NCBI GenBank assembly: GCA_963737635.1
Contig: CAVTTL010000001.1
Span: 192,001 to 256,000 of the forward strand
Direction: 5' to 3'
DNA from: an uncultured Methanoregulaceae archaeon
GTDB taxonomy: Archaea > Halobacteriota > Methanomicrobia > Methanomicrobiales > Methanospirillaceae
DNA length: 64,000 bases
The number at the start of each line of letters is the position of its first letter. Position 1 is the stretch's first letter. The notes below the pieces were generated by a model that was not told the DNA's origin, did no database searches, and saw only the letters and a program-made list of their open reading frames with translations. Below are positions 62,021 through 64,000 of this stretch, piece after piece. The position numbers and the translations under genes are program-made.

Positions 62021-63394
62021 TCACCGTGGTTTGAAGCGTTTAACGTAGATCACGTAACCGGCGATGGCGAGCACTATGAGGATGATAGCGATAAGGCCCG
62101 GGAGTCCGATCAGGGAGACGACGGTTTTAGTCGGTACCACTTCGACGTTAACCTTGAGGGGGTCAGAGGTGAACTGGTTATCGAGTGCATCGCGGTAGAG
62201 AACCTCGGAATCCAGGCCGTATTCTTTCACGGTTGCATCCGGGTCGACAGAGACGGCAAAGGAAGCGGTGCGGATATCGCCCGGCGCCATCGTGCCCAGG
62301 AAGGCGGTATCGTCGTTGCTGGTAAAGGGGTCGACCGCGCTGATCCGGGCTTCGGCGTTATAGGCAGTAATGCCGCCAGTATTCTGGAACTGGACGGTAA
62401 TGACGGCGTTAGCGCCGGGAGTAACGTTCGCGGCGATGGGGGTAACTGCAAAGTCGACTTTCTGGCCGACCGGGACCCCGATGGTCTCGATAGGCGAATC
62501 CACGTAGTCCCCTTCGTAATTCTTGTAGTAGACCAGTACGTCGAGGGGGTAGGTCTTCTGCTGGGCGTCGCTAGCTACCTGGGCCCGGAACGTGCAGTTG
62601 GCCACCGCCCCGACCGGGAAATCGCCGACATAGAAACTACCGTCGGTGGGGGTGACCGGGCTCTGGCCGTTCTGCTGGATCCGGATCACGGCGTTCTGGC
62701 CGTCGTCAGACCCGACATTCTTGACGGTTACAAAGATATAGCCCTCGATCCCGGCATTCAGGCCTTCGGTCTGCACGCTGGGAACCGCGATCTGGACTTC
62801 CGGTTTAATCGTGATCGGGATGTCGATGGTCTCGTTGACGTTCTTGTACTGGTAGTTCAGGGTCTCGGTGCCTTCCTGGTTGGCCTGGTACAGGTACGTG
62901 TAATTCAGGACGACCGGGATCTGGTAGGTCCCTGCCGAGGCATACTGGTTGACCGTGATATGGAAGGTGGCGGTGGCGCTCGAACTTGCCGGGAGGTCCC
63001 CGACTATCTGGGGTGAGGCTTTGACCACCAGCGGGGCGTCCCCGGCGTCCAGCGTCGCGGTCAGCTGTTTTGCCGTGTTGGAGAGATCGCTCGGGCTGAT
63101 GATGCCGGACTCGACGATCATGAACTGGTTGAGCCCGGTGTTCCCGATGACGACCTGGAGGTTCACATCGTCTCCCGGCGAAAACTCGTTGGTGCCGGCG
63201 ATGTGCGCGTCCAACTGGGGGCTCCCGGCCATGATCTGCGTCCCGGCCATCACCGGCGATACGGCAAGCAAGAGGATTGCCACTGCGGCAAGGAACACAT
63301 ACAGGTATCTCCTTGTGTTGGCTTGGACCCCCTGCCCATCACTGCTCACCCCGGACGTTGTATTCTTTATCTTTCCTTTGATTGATTCGCTCAT
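62021..63394 (-). CDS. COG1361 S-layer-like domain protein (paralog 1)
   Basis: Same motif set; signal peptide and C-terminal TM. Confidence 0.85.
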   Translation of the reverse strand: MSESIKGKIKNTTSGVSSDGQGVQANTRRYLYVFLAAVAILLLAVSPVMAGTQIMAGSPQLDAHIAGTNEFSPGDDVNLQVVIGNTGLNQFMIVESGIISPSDLSNTAKQLTATLDAGDAPLVVKASPQIVGDLPASSSATATFHITVNQYASAGTYQIPVVLNYTYLYQANQEGTETLNYQYKNVNETIDIPITIKPEVQIAVPSVQTEGLNAGIEGYIFVTVKNVGSDDGQNAVIRIQQNGQSPVTPTDGSFYVGDFPVGAVANCTFRAQVASDAQQKTYPLDVLVYYKNYEGDYVDSPIETIGVPVGQKVDFAVTPIAANVTPGANAVITVQFQNTGGITAYNAEARISAVDPFTSNDDTAFLGTMAPGDIRTASFAVSVDPDATVKEYGLDSEVLYRDALDNQFTSDPLKVNVEVVPTKTVVSLIGLPGLIAIILIVLAIAGYVIYVKRFKPR

Positions 63395-63454
63395 AGTATT
63401 CCTCGATTTTCTTTGTTCATGCCTTTCCTCGTTTCTGATTAAGATCATAGAACA

Positions 63455-64000
63455 TCACTCCAGCGTGCGCCGGTAGGTGACAACGCCAAGGATGATCATT
63501 GCCGTTGAAAAGATCAAAAGCGCAATAAGATCAATCCCGATCACATTGAGCCCCTGGTTCCTCAGGATGATGCTCCGCAGAGCATGAACCCCGTAGTATT
63601 CAGGATTAATGACCGTAATCCAGCGCAACCAGCCTGGCATCCCGATGACCGGGTAAAAGGCTCCCGAGGTCATGAACAGGATCAGGTTGAGGAATGCAAT
63701 GACCGCCTGATACTCCTGCTGGACCGAGAACCGGGATGCAAAGGAGACGACCAGGCTCGTTACTCCTACAGAGGCGATCAGGATTACCAGCAAAACCATT
63801 AAAAAGTCCTGAAAACTCTGGAGGATGATGCCGGTGATCAACAGATCGATCCAGAAAAGGGTAAATCCCGCGATGAACGCCCGGACGGCACCACTTGAAA
63901 TGATCCCAGAGATGATGCTGGACCGTTTTACCGGTGTGACAAGATAACCTTCGTGGACACCGTTCTCCCGATCCTTGATGAGCGCGAGCCCGCCACCAAA
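63455..64000 (-). CDS. ABC-2 type transporter permease (5' end outside window)
   Basis: FMTSGAFYP...PGWL.WI..INP.YYGVHALR; upstream frame DRENG..EGYLVTPV.R. Confidence 0.9.
   Translation of the reverse strand, partial: FGGGLALIKDRENGVHEGYLVTPVKRSSIISGIISSGAVRAFIAGFTLFWIDLLITGIILQSFQDFLMVLLVILIASVGVTSLVVSFASRFSVQQEYQAVIAFLNLILFMTSGAFYPVIGMPGWLRWITVINPEYYGVHALRSIILRNQGLNVIGIDLIALLIFSTAMIILGVVTYRRTLE

Noticed and set aside
59371-63016. Long plus-strand ORFs 59371..61011 and 62012..63016
   Set aside because: Antisense shadows of the GC-rich COG1361 genes with no recognisable motifs

Overview
Archaeal chromosome segment, most consistent with a Methanomicrobiales methanogen (Methanoregula-like). 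This rests on the thermosome, the archaeal rpl15e-rnp3-rnp2-psmA-SBDS-rpl37ae-rpoP-pcc1-pfdB superoperon, an intron-containing tRNA-Tyr and COG1361 S-layer-type paralogs. The right part (~40.7-53.8 kb) is core housekeeping. The left part (~4.6-40.7 kb), downstream of a tRNA-Tyr/tRNA-Asp pair, is accessory DNA. It holds an AT-rich ~13.7 kb defence island: a class II DISARM-like operon (drmE-drmA-drmB-[drmC remnant]-C5 methyltransferase-vsr) convergent with a three-gene PRTase-like / AAA+ (STAND/ORC-like) ATPase / Rossmann-like operon, which is the best candidate for a poorly described system. Also present are an AbiE-like type IV TA with a tandem inverted-repeat operator array, several type II TA modules (HicB, a HicB-DUF2283 fusion, RelE-like, HTH/Panacea-like/MazF, AbrB-MazF), and decayed duplications of tRNA, aroK and hicB segments that bracket cassettes although no integrase is visible. 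Many genes, including essential rpl15e, carry single-base frameshifts, most likely assembly indel errors, so split ORFs are not called pseudogenes. All family assignments are from motif recognition by eye, not database searches.
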